Below, in pieces: positions 1-9,446 of a stretch of 40,090 nt of DNA. Both the position numbers and the translations under genes were made by a program. How positions within the stretch are numbered: the first letter of the stretch is position 1; every line of letters begins with the position of its first letter. Source of the DNA: Candidatus Micrarchaeota archaeon (GTDB lineage: Archaea; B1Sed10-29); contig CAZOFO010000006.1 of the NCBI GenBank assembly GCA_964579265.1, positions 1-40,090 on the forward strand. The letters are read 5' to 3'. The notes beneath the pieces are model-generated. The model was not told where the DNA came from, ran no database searches, and was given only the letters and a program-made list of their open reading frames with translations.

Positions 1-776
1 CCTTTTGGTCTTAGTCTTGAGAAGCTGAATCCTGTTCCTCCTCCGCTTTGGTGTATTAGTGCTGCGTTTTTCACTGATTCATATATGGATTCGAGGTCGT
101 CTTCTACTGGTAGGACGAAGCAAGCTGCTAGTTGCTGTAGTGGTGCTCCTGCGTTCATTAGAGTGGGTGAATTCGGAAGGAAGTCAAGGTTCTTCATCAT
201 TTCGAAGAATTCTTCTTCCCATTTTTCTGGGTCTCCTCCGTAGTTCTCTTCGGCCTTTGCTATGTCTTCGGCTACTCTTTTTAGCATTCCTCTTGGTGTT
301 TCTTTTACGTTTCCGTCTTCGTCTTTTAGGAGGTATCTTTCTTCAAGTACTTTCAGGGAGTTTATTCCCATTTTTTTGATTAGTTCGTCTTCTACGCTGA
401 TTTCTTCTGGTAATAGATCTTTCTTTGTCTCTCTGACTTCTTGTCTTCTGCTTCTGTATAGTATGTATGCTTTTGCTGTTTTGATTAGGTTGTTTTCTAT
501 TAGTGTTGCTTCTACTTGATCTTGTATGTCCTCTACCCCTGGTATTTTGTCTTTTTCTGAGAATTCCTTTGCTGTTTTTTCCTCTGTTTGTTGTGCTAGA
601 TCTTCTGCTAGTTCTCTGTCTTCTTCTTTTGCTTCTTTCATAGCTGCATATATAGCTTCTTCTATTTTTTTTCTATCGAAGTCTACTACTCTTCCGTCTC
701 TTTTTCTTATTCTGTCTATTTGGATTTCTTTATTGGTTTCGGTGTTTTCTGTGGTTTTTTCTGCTGTTGCAATCAT
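1..776 (-). CDS. nrdJ: Class II (adenosylcobalamin-dependent) ribonucleotide reductase with N-terminal ATP cone; runs off the left edge
   Basis: Manual minus-strand translation from ATG 776 (SD GGAGGT): [20 protein letters not shown] (ATP cone), [54 protein letters not shown]. Absent from the ORF track because truncated. Confidence 0.93.
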   Translation of the reverse strand, partial: MIATAEKTTENTETNKEIQIDRIRKRDGRVVDFDRKKIEEAIYAAMKEAKEEDRELAEDLAQQTEEKTAKEFSEKDKIPGVEDIQDQVEATLIENNLIKTAKAYILYRSRRQEVRETKKDLLPEEISVEDELIKKMGINSLKVLEERYLLKDEDGNVKETPRGMLKRVAEDIAKAEENYGGDPEKWEEEFFEMMKNLDFLPNSPTLMNAGAPLQQLAACFVLPVEDDLESIYESVKNAALIHQSGGGTGFSFSRLRPK

Positions 777-886
777 TTTTGTACCTCCTGTTTTTTATCG
801 AGTTTTTTAGTGTGTTTATTTTTTTGTTTATTAGGTTATTTAAATATTATATGCAAGATGTTTTGGTTTTCTTTGTTCTGAGCGTA

Positions 887-983
887 ATTAGTCAAGGAAC
901 CCGTAGTTTATAAAGAATTTTATTTGATAAATTAACTGTCTATGCTTTTGAGATTAGTTAATCGAACTAGTGTTTATAAAGAA
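887..983 (-). promoter_or_regulatory. Two imperfect 31-bp direct repeats, each containing a TATA-like box, upstream of nrdJ
   Basis: attagtcaaggaacccgtagtttataaagaa (887-917) vs attagttaatcgaactagtgtttataaagaa (953-983); both read TTCTTTATAAAC on the minus strand. Confidence 0.45.
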
Positions 984-1040
984 ATATTGTGGAAAAAGGG
1001 TGGGGGAATAAAAAATAAAAAGGGTTTATAATAAAATTCT

Positions 1041-3662
1041 TCAATCGTACTCTTTTCCAAGATGTTTTATTATTTCTATGAATCCGAATGTAGCCGTGGC
1101 TGTTATGCCCGCTATGATCCATTGTGATATACTCATTGGGTAGTGTTTGAATATTGCGGCTAAGTAGGATTGATGGACCGCTGCTATCAGGAGAGGGGTA
1201 ACTATAATTATGGAAAGTATGACGAGTTTATTTTTAAGAAGATCCATTTCCGTGATTGATTTAGTTAGGGAGCGGAAGTTGAATGTGTGTACTATGACCA
1301 TGAGTACTATTGAGGAGAATGCCATTGTTCTGGAGAGTTCTAGGTTTTGTACTGGTATCCCTGCTATAAATGCTGTGTAGGCGGCTATTGCCATGAATAT
1401 AGCCATTGATACAACTAGGAAGGAATTTCTTTTGTTGAGTATTCTTCTTGAGGGATCTCTTGGTGGTCTTTTCATTATTCCTTTTACAGCGGGATCGAGT
1501 CCTAGGGATATGGCTGGCATTTCTTCTCCTATTACGTTGATGAATAGGATTTGTAGAGCGATCAGAGGCAGGTATTCGAAGCCGGATACTCCGAATAGTA
1601 GTGGGAGTGTTAATATACCTATTATTATGAGCATTATTTCAGTGAAGTTTCTTGATAGGAGGTACGTGGTGAATTTCTCTATATTGTCGTAGATTCTTCT
1701 TCCGTCTTCCACGGCGTTCACAATTGTACCGAAGTCATCATCTTCCAGTATTATATCGCTTGCTTCTTTAGTTACGTCTGTTCCTTTTACTCCCATTCCT
1801 ACTCCTACATCAGCTTCTTTTACTGCTGGTGCATCGTTTATACCGTCTCCTGTCATTGCTGCTACTTCTCCATTTTCCTGGAGTGCTTTTACTATTCTGA
1901 GTTTTTGTTCTGGTTGTGTTCTGGCGTATATATCTATCTCCATGACTTTTTCATGAAGTTCTTCTTCATTCATCTCTTCTAGTTGTTTCCCCGTTATGAC
2001 TTGAGGATTGTCCGTGAGCCCTATGTTCTTAGCTATTGCCTGAGCGGTATCCGGGTTGTCTCCTGTCACCATCTTGACATCTATTCCTGCTTTCCTGCAT
2101 TTCTCTATTGATTCTTCTACTTCCTGTCTAGGTGGATCTATCATCCCTGCCAGGCCGATAAAAGTCATTCCATTTTCTATTTCTTCTTTATCAAGATCAG
2201 GATTCACTTCATCTTTGTAAGCGAATGCTAGTACTCTCATGGCTTCTTGAGCGTATTCTTTGTTTTTGTTGAGTATTTCTTTTTTCTTTTCTTCGGTGAG
2301 TTCTTTTTTTCCGTCTGCTTCCAGTATGTGGGTGCATCTTTCGAGAACTATTTCAGGAGCACCTTTTGTATAGGCGATGTAATCTTCTTTTGAATCTTTC
2401 TCAGCGGGATTATTTTGGTGTATAGTTGTCATTCTCTTTCTTTCCGAAGTGAATAGTATTTCATCTTCTCTAGGGTATTTTTCCTCCATTTCTTCTTTAT
2501 TTACTCCTGCTTTTTCTCCAAGTATGAGTAGAGAGGCTTCGGTTGGATCTCCATCTATTTTTCTACCTTCTTCTTCTTTGACTTCTATAAAGTCCGCGTT
2601 GTTGCATAGAATGCTGGTTTCTATCAGTTTATCCATCACTTGGTTGTCTCCGTAGAAAACTTCTCCTTCACCTTCGATGTTTTTTTCGGATGTGTATCCA
2701 GTTCCGTGAGCGTGGAAGTGTTTGTTATCTGCATGTATTTCTTTGACTGTCATCTCGTTTTTGGTGAGTGTACCTGTTTTATCCGTGCATATAGTGGTGG
2801 TGGATCCGAGTGCTTCTACTGCCAGCATCTTCCTGGTTATCGCGTTTCTTTTTGCCATGTCTCTTACACCAGCGGAAAGAGTAAGTGTCAAGGTTAAAGG
2901 AAGTGCTTCTGGTACAGTAGCGACTATAAGAGCTAGAGCTACTAATAGAACTTCTTCTGCAGGCACACCTTCACTAATACCTAATATAAATATCCCTATA
3001 CAGATGAATATAGCTATTCCTGCTAATCTCATGCTAAGTTTATCCACTCTTTTTTGTAGAGGTGTTTTACCAGTTTTTATTTGTATTCCTTCCGCTATTT
3101 CTCCTATTTTGGATTCCATCCCTGTATCTGTCACCTTCATTGTTGCTCTTCCGTGTACAATGGTTGTGCCTGAGTACAGATCATCTTTTTCACTCTTCTT
3201 AACTGGTTCACTCTCTCCGGTCAGTATAGCTTCGTTAACCTTCAAGTTGTTTTTTTCCATTACTTCCCCATCAGCAGGTATTTTGTCACCCATCTCGAGT
3301 TTGACCACGTCTCCAGGCACTAATTCAGTCGAGGGTACTTCCTTCTTTTCACCATCTCTTATAACTGTTGCTTTTGGAGTTACCATCTGCTTGAGTTCCT
3401 CAACTGCTTTCTCAGCCTTCCATTCCTGTATAAAGCCCATGAGTATTATTATAGCTATTATCACAGTTATAAAATAGAAAGTTATCACTTTATCAGCTAT
3501 AAAGGAAATTATTGCTGCTCCAAGCAGTATCCAGACAAGGAGATTCTTGAACTGTCTCTCCAATATATCTAGAGAAGTAGTCTTGTCCTCTTCTTCAAGC
3601 TCGTTCGGACCGTACTCCTGGAGCCTTTCTTCAACTTCTTTCTGAGTTAGTCCATCAGTCAT
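1041..3662 (-). CDS. P-type cation-transporting ATPase (type II, Ca2+-ATPase-like)
   Basis: LTGES, VPEALP, DKTGTLT phosphorylation site, KGAPE, DPPR, TGDN, MTGDGINDAPA motifs; multiple TM segments. Confidence 0.96.
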   Translation of the reverse strand: MTDGLTQKEVEERLQEYGPNELEEEDKTTSLDILERQFKNLLVWILLGAAIISFIADKVITFYFITVIIAIIILMGFIQEWKAEKAVEELKQMVTPKATVIRDGEKKEVPSTELVPGDVVKLEMGDKIPADGEVMEKNNLKVNEAILTGESEPVKKSEKDDLYSGTTIVHGRATMKVTDTGMESKIGEIAEGIQIKTGKTPLQKRVDKLSMRLAGIAIFICIGIFILGISEGVPAEEVLLVALALIVATVPEALPLTLTLTLSAGVRDMAKRNAITRKMLAVEALGSTTTICTDKTGTLTKNEMTVKEIHADNKHFHAHGTGYTSEKNIEGEGEVFYGDNQVMDKLIETSILCNNADFIEVKEEEGRKIDGDPTEASLLILGEKAGVNKEEMEEKYPREDEILFTSERKRMTTIHQNNPAEKDSKEDYIAYTKGAPEIVLERCTHILEADGKKELTEEKKKEILNKNKEYAQEAMRVLAFAYKDEVNPDLDKEEIENGMTFIGLAGMIDPPRQEVEESIEKCRKAGIDVKMVTGDNPDTAQAIAKNIGLTDNPQVITGKQLEEMNEEELHEKVMEIDIYARTQPEQKLRIVKALQENGEVAAMTGDGINDAPAVKEADVGVGMGVKGTDVTKEASDIILEDDDFGTIVNAVEDGRRIYDNIEKFTTYLLSRNFTEIMLIIIGILTLPLLFGVSGFEYLPLIALQILFINVIGEEMPAISLGLDPAVKGIMKRPPRDPSRRILNKRNSFLVVSMAIFMAIAAYTAFIAGIPVQNLELSRTMAFSSIVLMVIVHTFNFRSLTKSITEMDLLKNKLVILSIIIVTPLLIAAVHQSYLAAIFKHYPMSISQWIIAGITATATFGFIEIIKHLGKEYD

Positions 3663-3939
3663 CCGATCACTCTGTTGCTCCGAGACCTCTTAATCATATT
3701 TACCTTAATTAAGAGGAGGAAGAATAAAAAGGTTTAACCTCGCTGTATAAAATATTTATAATCAAAACTATAAACAAAATAGAAAACATAGAACATACAC
3801 TTATTTATATGGTCTAAATTTAAACATTTGTTCAATATTATTTGAAAATATTAACCAAACATTTAAATACTAGAAACTTCCCTAATGTTATGTCTCTCTA
3901 TAATTAAATGATACAAAAGGAGAATAAAAACCTCAAATA

Positions 3940-3973
3940 GGGGGACCACCCTCCCCTGGTCCCCCAGGGGAGG
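3940..3973. repeat. GC-rich element with two overlapping perfect inverted repeats
   Basis: gggggacca(3940-3948)/tggtccccc(3957-3965) and cctcccctgg(3950-3959)/ccaggggagg(3964-3973), set in AT-rich intergenic DNA. Confidence 0.8.
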
Positions 3974-4025
3974 AAGGCTCACCCTTATATTTTTCAGTAA
4001 AGTATAATTTTACAGTGAGAAACAA

Positions 4026-4727
4026 ATGACTAAGAAAAATAAGAGTAAAAATAAATTAAAAAAGATAAAAGAAAAAGATAAAGAAATAGAAACCTACCAG
4101 AAAACAAGGAAAAACAAATACGTAGGTAAGAGAAAAGAAGAAGCAGACATAGCGCAAACATCAATGTTAAAAAATAAAGAAAAAAAAGAAAGCCACTTCC
4201 AAAAATTCTACGGTAAAAATAAAGAAGGATCAACAGAAACTTCTGTACTGGAGAAGATAGAAGGTAAGAGCCTTGACAAATGGATCAAAGATAAAAAAGG
4301 AAAAGAAAAAAACAAAGAAGAAATGATAAATCAATTCGCCGAAATAGCAAAAGAATTAACAAAAAAAGGAGTGACACACAGAGACATATCTCCAAAAAAC
4401 ATGATAGTAAAAGAAAAGGGAGAGAAACCATTCATAAAACTCATAGACTTTGAAAAAGCAAGAAAAACAAGTAAAGAAAACTTCAAAACAGAAAAAAATA
4501 TGAAAAGAGAAATGGAAAAACTAACAGATACACTTACAGCTACCTTGATGAAGATGCCTCAAACAAAATACGAAAAAATAGCGAAAACAGAAGAAAAATA
4601 CATACCTGAAAGCAAGATGGAGCTAAAAAAGAAGATAGAAGAAAAAAGAGAAGAAGTGAAAGAAGAATTATTCGAAGCGTACGAAAAAAAGATAGAGAAA
4701 ATGCATGAAAAGAGGAAAACTAAATAA
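4026..4727 (+). CDS. Lys-rich atypical protein kinase-like protein
   Basis: HRDISPKN catalytic loop, LIDFE (DFG-like), LEKIEGKSL hinge; no clear Gly-rich loop. Confidence 0.75.
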   Translation: MTKKNKSKNKLKKIKEKDKEIETYQKTRKNKYVGKRKEEADIAQTSMLKNKEKKESHFQKFYGKNKEGSTETSVLEKIEGKSLDKWIKDKKGKEKNKEEMINQFAEIAKELTKKGVTHRDISPKNMIVKEKGEKPFIKLIDFEKARKTSKENFKTEKNMKREMEKLTDTLTATLMKMPQTKYEKIAKTEEKYIPESKMELKKKIEEKREEVKEELFEAYEKKIEKMHEKRKTK

Positions 4728-5277
4728 ACCCAATCAAACCTAAAGAAACAGATACGAAGAAAGCAGTTGAAACTATAGACCCTATAAGGACTATTAAGAC
4801 AGTCTTCCAGTTCTTAACTCCTAAAACCTGAGCCAGGAAAGAAGTAACAATGGAACCAGTTCCCTGGAAAGGAACGAACATGAAGGCTCCTAGACCTATA
4901 TGCAGTAAACCGTACTTCCTAGCTACTTCAGATCTTTCCTTAGCCTTATCTAAAACTCTGCTGAGATAATCAAAACTACTTGCAATATATTCTACAATCT
5001 CGAATGACGTAATTATTATTAAACAAGCTGCCAAATCAGAAAATACTATTACTGAGAATATAATAGGTATTTCTATACCTCCAAAAACCATAGCAGGTAT
5101 GATTGATTCCTTACCAGCAGGGGGTATAAAAGCAATTAATAATAAACCGTAGATAAGTTCTGGGTCCTTTGAAAAACTACCTATAAGATATATAGCAGCT
5201 ATAGCTACAGCTAAGGATATCAAGAAGAATAATAAAGACCTGATCTTGAAATCTTTATTCTTATTTTCTTTCACCAT
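4720..5277 (-). CDS. Small multidrug export family (COG2426-like) membrane protein
   Basis: Hydrophobic; PPAGKESIIP and FMFVPFQGTGS motifs. Confidence 0.7.
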   Translation of the reverse strand: MVKENKNKDFKIRSLLFFLISLAVAIAAIYLIGSFSKDPELIYGLLLIAFIPPAGKESIIPAMVFGGIEIPIIFSVIVFSDLAACLIIITSFEIVEYIASSFDYLSRVLDKAKERSEVARKYGLLHIGLGAFMFVPFQGTGSIVTSFLAQVLGVKNWKTVLIVLIGSIVSTAFFVSVSLGLIGFI

Positions 5278-5360
5278 AGATAAAATCCATCTCCTAAATA
5301 GGTAGCTGGTATTTTTTCTGAAGATTCTTTTTTGTTTAAGTAGTTTCTTATCTTAAATCC

Positions 5361-6038
5361 CTATCCTTGTTTATCCATATGAGTTTTTATCTCCTTATTC
5401 TTACCTTTTACCACAAATTGAAATGAGTTTATCTCAGTAACGCTAGGGTAAAAACCATTCTCTTTCATTTTAACTTTAAAAGTTTTTGGATCCCAGAACT
5501 CTGTTGGTTCTCCAAGAAGTATTTCAAAAGCTTTTATTATTTTTGATATAGTTTTTTGAGGTTTCATCTCAAGTATAAGTACTTCTCCTTCTTCTCCAGT
5601 TGCTTTAAGAATTTTCTCCATGCTTTTTTCTTTATTCTCAAAATGATGGAAAGAATCTATACAGGTTACCAGGTCGAAATTCTTACTAGAAGAAGAGTAT
5701 TCTTCTATTTTATCTTCTACAGTCTTTAGATTAAATCTCCAGTTCTTTTTTTCAGCCTGTTGAAGCATTTTTCTTGATTTATCCAATATATACACATCTG
5801 TATTGTTTATTAATTTTTCATTACCTTTAATTTTTTCTCTTTTCTCGATTTCCTTCAGAAAAAGGCCTGTTCCACCTCCAACATCCAGTATATTTACTCT
5901 TCTATCGGAATCAGTATTATCATGGAGTTCTTTTAGATCTATTTCTTCAATAGCTCTCTTATAAGCTCCTCCACAGATATTACCTACTATCCTATCGTAG
6001 ACAGGAGCCGAATACTTGAACATCAGGTTGTTTTTCAT
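5361..6038 (-). CDS. Class I SAM-dependent methyltransferase
   Basis: ILDVGGGTG motif I, FDLVTCIDSFHHF; start moved to ATG 6038 to avoid overlapping the upstream transporter gene. Confidence 0.85.
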   Translation of the reverse strand: MKNNLMFKYSAPVYDRIVGNICGGAYKRAIEEIDLKELHDNTDSDRRVNILDVGGGTGLFLKEIEKREKIKGNEKLINNTDVYILDKSRKMLQQAEKKNWRFNLKTVEDKIEEYSSSSKNFDLVTCIDSFHHFENKEKSMEKILKATGEEGEVLILEMKPQKTISKIIKAFEILLGEPTEFWDPKTFKVKMKENGFYPSVTEINSFQFVVKGKNKEIKTHMDKQG

Positions 6039-6046
6039 ATTGACCC

Positions 6047-7003
6047 TCACGCGATCAAGGTTCTTTGTAGAACTTCTGAAAGAATATAAGTAGATGCTAT
6101 GGCTATAAGGAAAGCTGATATCCAAGCTAAAGCTGTGAAGAAAAGTTTTTTCTTACCTATAGATGACTTACCAGTTACCAAGCCACTTCCAATAGTAGTG
6201 GCTATTATAGCTTGATTAAAGGAGACTGGAACACCTAAGAAAACTCCTATTTGAGCCAGTATAGCTGCTGAACCTAGACTTGCTGAAGATCTTCTAGTCC
6301 CTAGACTAGCATATTCAAATGAAATAGCGTCAATTATCTTTGGAGAAAATATCAATCCACCTATAAATATAGATACACCTCCGAGAATTAGTATAGATAG
6401 TTTAGGATACCCTAAACCTTGTAATGGACCAACTGCGAGGCCAACGGAATTTGCTCCTGCAGTGTAAGCTAGGAATAACCCTGTGATCACTGTAAGATAT
6501 CTCAAGGATCTTTTAGATTTTTCCTTATCAAGAACCTTTCTTAAATACTTCGAGAAAACGTAACCCATACCAAGGGCCAAGAAAGGAACTAACAACCAAT
6601 ACAAGAACACAGTATACAGAACCGAAGTCTGTAGAGAGCTTCCAAAACTCAATGCGCTTCCTATGACTGCTCCCACTACTGTAAAAGCTGTTGGCATAGG
6701 ATACTTGAAGATCACACTTATTATAACTAATACTGAAGCTACTGATAAGATAACTAATGCCTGAGGACCTATTATACTTTCAATTGTGATCTCAGAACCG
6801 ATAGTATCTGTGACTCTTCCTCCTTGTATTATAGCTCCAGCAGCTGCAGCTATACCTGCTAGTAAAGCTGATTGGAGTATTCCGAGAGAACCAGATGACC
6901 TTACTGGACCAAAGGCAGGTGGAACGGAAGATGCTCCGATTGAGATACCTACGAATAATGCCACGATGAAGGCAGCTATTACTATTAAACCGACTCCAAA
7001 CAT
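6047..7003 (-). CDS. Inorganic phosphate transporter (PiT/PHO4 family)
   Basis: Two PHO4-like halves (IGASSVPPAFG; AGANSVGLAVG, LGVPVSFNQ); many TM helices. Confidence 0.85.
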   Translation of the reverse strand: MFGVGLIVIAAFIVALFVGISIGASSVPPAFGPVRSSGSLGILQSALLAGIAAAAGAIIQGGRVTDTIGSEITIESIIGPQALVILSVASVLVIISVIFKYPMPTAFTVVGAVIGSALSFGSSLQTSVLYTVFLYWLLVPFLALGMGYVFSKYLRKVLDKEKSKRSLRYLTVITGLFLAYTAGANSVGLAVGPLQGLGYPKLSILILGGVSIFIGGLIFSPKIIDAISFEYASLGTRRSSASLGSAAILAQIGVFLGVPVSFNQAIIATTIGSGLVTGKSSIGKKKLFFTALAWISAFLIAIASTYILSEVLQRTLIA

Positions 7004-7029
7004 CTTTTATTTCTCCCTCTAGTCTTCTT

Positions 7030-7599
7030 TCATTTTTCCTTTACCTTATCCTGCATATACTTTTTTAATTCTTCATCCAGAACATTTACGGTTAACACGT
7101 ATTCCTTTTCTTTTTTGTTTCTCTTTAAATTGATAGAGAGTTTCTCGGTATCGAAATAGTAAGGACTGAAATTCAACATTATTTTTTCAAATATAGCTTC
7201 TTCCATTTTCCTTATTGACTTAAATGATTCAGCTTCTATTATCTTCCCTATTCCTTCTGAAGCTTCTTTAAGATTATTTCCTGGATCTTCACCGTTAACC
7301 GCTTCTTTAACGGATTCTTCCATCTTTTCAGTTGCCTTTGAAAATTCTTTTTTAGCACCTTCGAAATCTTTTTCAACCTTTTTCTCTTTTAAGCTAGCTT
7401 TTTCAACTGTTTTCTTCTTCAAGTCATCTTTATCCTCCTCTTCTCTAGGTCTCCATTCGTCAAATTCTTCAGCTGACTTCATATCCGAAGTTTTCTTCTT
7501 TTCCGAATATTCTTTGATGATCTTAGAGACTCTTCTAGAGAAACTGCATATCTCTTCCCAGTCACCAACTATTTTCAATCCTGTGTTCGTGATTTCCAT
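7030..7599 (-). CDS. DUF5828-like protein (haloarchaeal type)
   Basis: GLKIVGDWEE, FDEWRP, KTVEKAS, PYYFD motifs recalled from the haloarchaeal family; adjacent to PiT. Confidence 0.65.
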   Translation of the reverse strand: MEITNTGLKIVGDWEEICSFSRRVSKIIKEYSEKKKTSDMKSAEEFDEWRPREEEDKDDLKKKTVEKASLKEKKVEKDFEGAKKEFSKATEKMEESVKEAVNGEDPGNNLKEASEGIGKIIEAESFKSIRKMEEAIFEKIMLNFSPYYFDTEKLSINLKRNKKEKEYVLTVNVLDEELKKYMQDKVKEK

Positions 7600-7704
7600 A
7601 TTAAATACTCTTTTATTTTTTTCATATAACTCTTAAGAATAAATAGGAACCTTTGATTTATAAATCATAAGAGACTATATTTAATACAGAGATGGTGATG
7701 ATAA

Positions 7705-8916
7705 ATGGAAAAAAAGATAATTAGCTTGATGATCTTTGGATTACTGATAATAGGAATAGGCTGTATAGGACCATTAGAAGACGAAGAGGTAACTGATGAA
7801 AACGATATTGACGAAGATTTAGATCAATACGAACTGATAGTAAATATAGAGGGAGAAGGAGAAGTGAATATAGAACCGGAAAAAGAAGAATATGAAGAGG
7901 GAGAAGAAGTCACACTAACAGCAGAGCCTGAAGAAGATTGGATTTTCCAGGGATGGACAGGAGACATAGAAGGAAGTGAAGAAGAATTCACAATAACAAT
8001 GGATGAAGATAAGGAGGTAACAGCTACATTCATAACAGATGACCCGGTACTCCATCAACTAAAACTACAGAAACAGGGAGAAGGAGAAGTAAAAATCAAC
8101 GGAGAAAAAATAGAAGAATGGCCACACGAAGGAATACACGAAGAAGATAAAGAATTAACGATAACCGCAGAACCTGAAGAGAACTGGTACTTCGATCAAT
8201 GGATAGGAGACCTAGAGAGAAACCAATCAACTCAAAAAGAAAATGAAATAACTATGAACAAGGGAAAAGAGATAACAGCATTATTCGTATCTCCAGAAAA
8301 CATTACAACGGAAGAGGAAAACTGTTATCAAGATATAAAAGAAGCAAGAGAATTCTCAAAAGAACAAGAAGCATGTACAGCAGAATATAGAGAAATGCAG
8401 TGTCCTCATAATGACTACGTGTACGGAGCTCCGGACGGATGCCAAATAGGATACTTGGAAGAGAGAAACTGGACAGAAGTAACGGAAGAAACCTATCAAG
8501 GAGAAGAAGGAGATGTAGAAGGAGCCTTAAGTTACTCAAAAGAACAAGAAAACTGTGAAGAACAGTACAAAGAACTGGAATCTCCTGATGGAAACTACTT
8601 CTACGAAGCATCTGACGAATGCCAAGTCAACTACTTGGAAGAAAGAGACTGGAGAGAAACAACAGAAGAAGATAGAGAAATAGTCAAGGAAAGCACAGAA
8701 GATGAAGAATGCGGATGGGTAAGTACAAACTGCTGTCCACCACAATCAGGAGCTAACTGGGAATGTGTAAATATAGAAGAAACAACCATAGAATGTCCTG
8801 AGAACCCAGTCTGCCTACATGTATATGTGGGAAGACCTAAAGGAGACTGCGTAAGCTTAAACAATACCTGTACTGCAGTTGATAATGGAGAAGGAACAGG
8901 TTACAGTATAGAATAA
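7705..8916 (+). CDS. Secreted acidic lipoprotein with two InlB B-repeat-like domains and Cys-containing C-terminal repeats
   Basis: Signal/lipobox LLIIGIGC; two GEGEV...LT.TAEPEE.W.F..W.GD repeats; two SKEQE.C...Y.E....C...YLEER.W repeats; Cys-rich tail. Confidence 0.8.
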   Translation: MEKKIISLMIFGLLIIGIGCIGPLEDEEVTDENDIDEDLDQYELIVNIEGEGEVNIEPEKEEYEEGEEVTLTAEPEEDWIFQGWTGDIEGSEEEFTITMDEDKEVTATFITDDPVLHQLKLQKQGEGEVKINGEKIEEWPHEGIHEEDKELTITAEPEENWYFDQWIGDLERNQSTQKENEITMNKGKEITALFVSPENITTEEENCYQDIKEAREFSKEQEACTAEYREMQCPHNDYVYGAPDGCQIGYLEERNWTEVTEETYQGEEGDVEGALSYSKEQENCEEQYKELESPDGNYFYEASDECQVNYLEERDWRETTEEDREIVKESTEDEECGWVSTNCCPPQSGANWECVNIEETTIECPENPVCLHVYVGRPKGDCVSLNNTCTAVDNGEGTGYSIE

Positions 8917-8929
8917 AAAAGTGAGATAA

Positions 8930-9109
8930 ATGACAGGATTAAATGAAATGAAGACAAAGATAATAGGAGCAGGAGTATTAATACTAGGTATAATCTTTCT
9001 AGTACCATTCGCCATACTAGGACTTATACCCTTCACCCTATTCATAACAGGGTTTGGTCTAATGATAGGCGGAGGATCCGCAATATTCCTAAAAGACCAA
9101 TACGAGTAG
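8930..9109 (+). CDS. Small 59-aa membrane peptide
   Basis: MTGLNEMKTKIIGAGVLILGIIFLVPFAILGLIPFTLFITGFGLMIGGGSAIFLKDQYE; GTGA SD-like motif; A-ending codons like neighbouring genes; too short for the ORF track. Confidence 0.7.
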   Translation: MTGLNEMKTKIIGAGVLILGIIFLVPFAILGLIPFTLFITGFGLMIGGGSAIFLKDQYE

Positions 9110-9144
9110 AAGAATACAAAAAATAAGAAAAAGGAGACAAGAGT

Positions 9145-9324
9145 ATGCTTATAAAAGCAGGTTTGAAATGGGGAATGATAGGAGCAGCATCAGGAACCAT
9201 AGGAGGAATGAGTCTAGGCATGGTTCAAAGAAGCATAGAATCCTTACTACTAGGTATAATACTAGGCTACATAATGATAATGGCCGCAGTAACAACACTG
9301 CACTTAATAGGTAAGAAAATATAA
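9145..9324 (+). CDS. Small 59-aa Gly-rich membrane peptide
   Basis: MLIKAGLKWGMIGAASGTIGGMSLGMVQRSIESLLLGIILGYIMIMAAVTTLHLIGKKI; AGGAG SD; GxxxG repeats. Confidence 0.7.
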   Translation: MLIKAGLKWGMIGAASGTIGGMSLGMVQRSIESLLLGIILGYIMIMAAVTTLHLIGKKI

Positions 9325-9446
9325 ACAAAACCATCTCATTCTAAATTAAATTGCATCTGTATCTAAAGATTTCAAGTAAAAGAGAACCTAAACCAGCAAC
9401 ACATAGGAAAAGATTTAAAAAAAATAATTCATTTAATGTAGTTACA

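Noticed and set aside
59..810. Plus-strand ORFs 59-379, 262-519 and 526-810
   Set aside because: Antisense shadows of nrdJ, which has clear motifs on the minus strand.
4009..4025. TTACAGTGAGAAACAAA resembles an ORB element
   Set aside because: Single copy, needs an indel, and coincides with the kinase SD.
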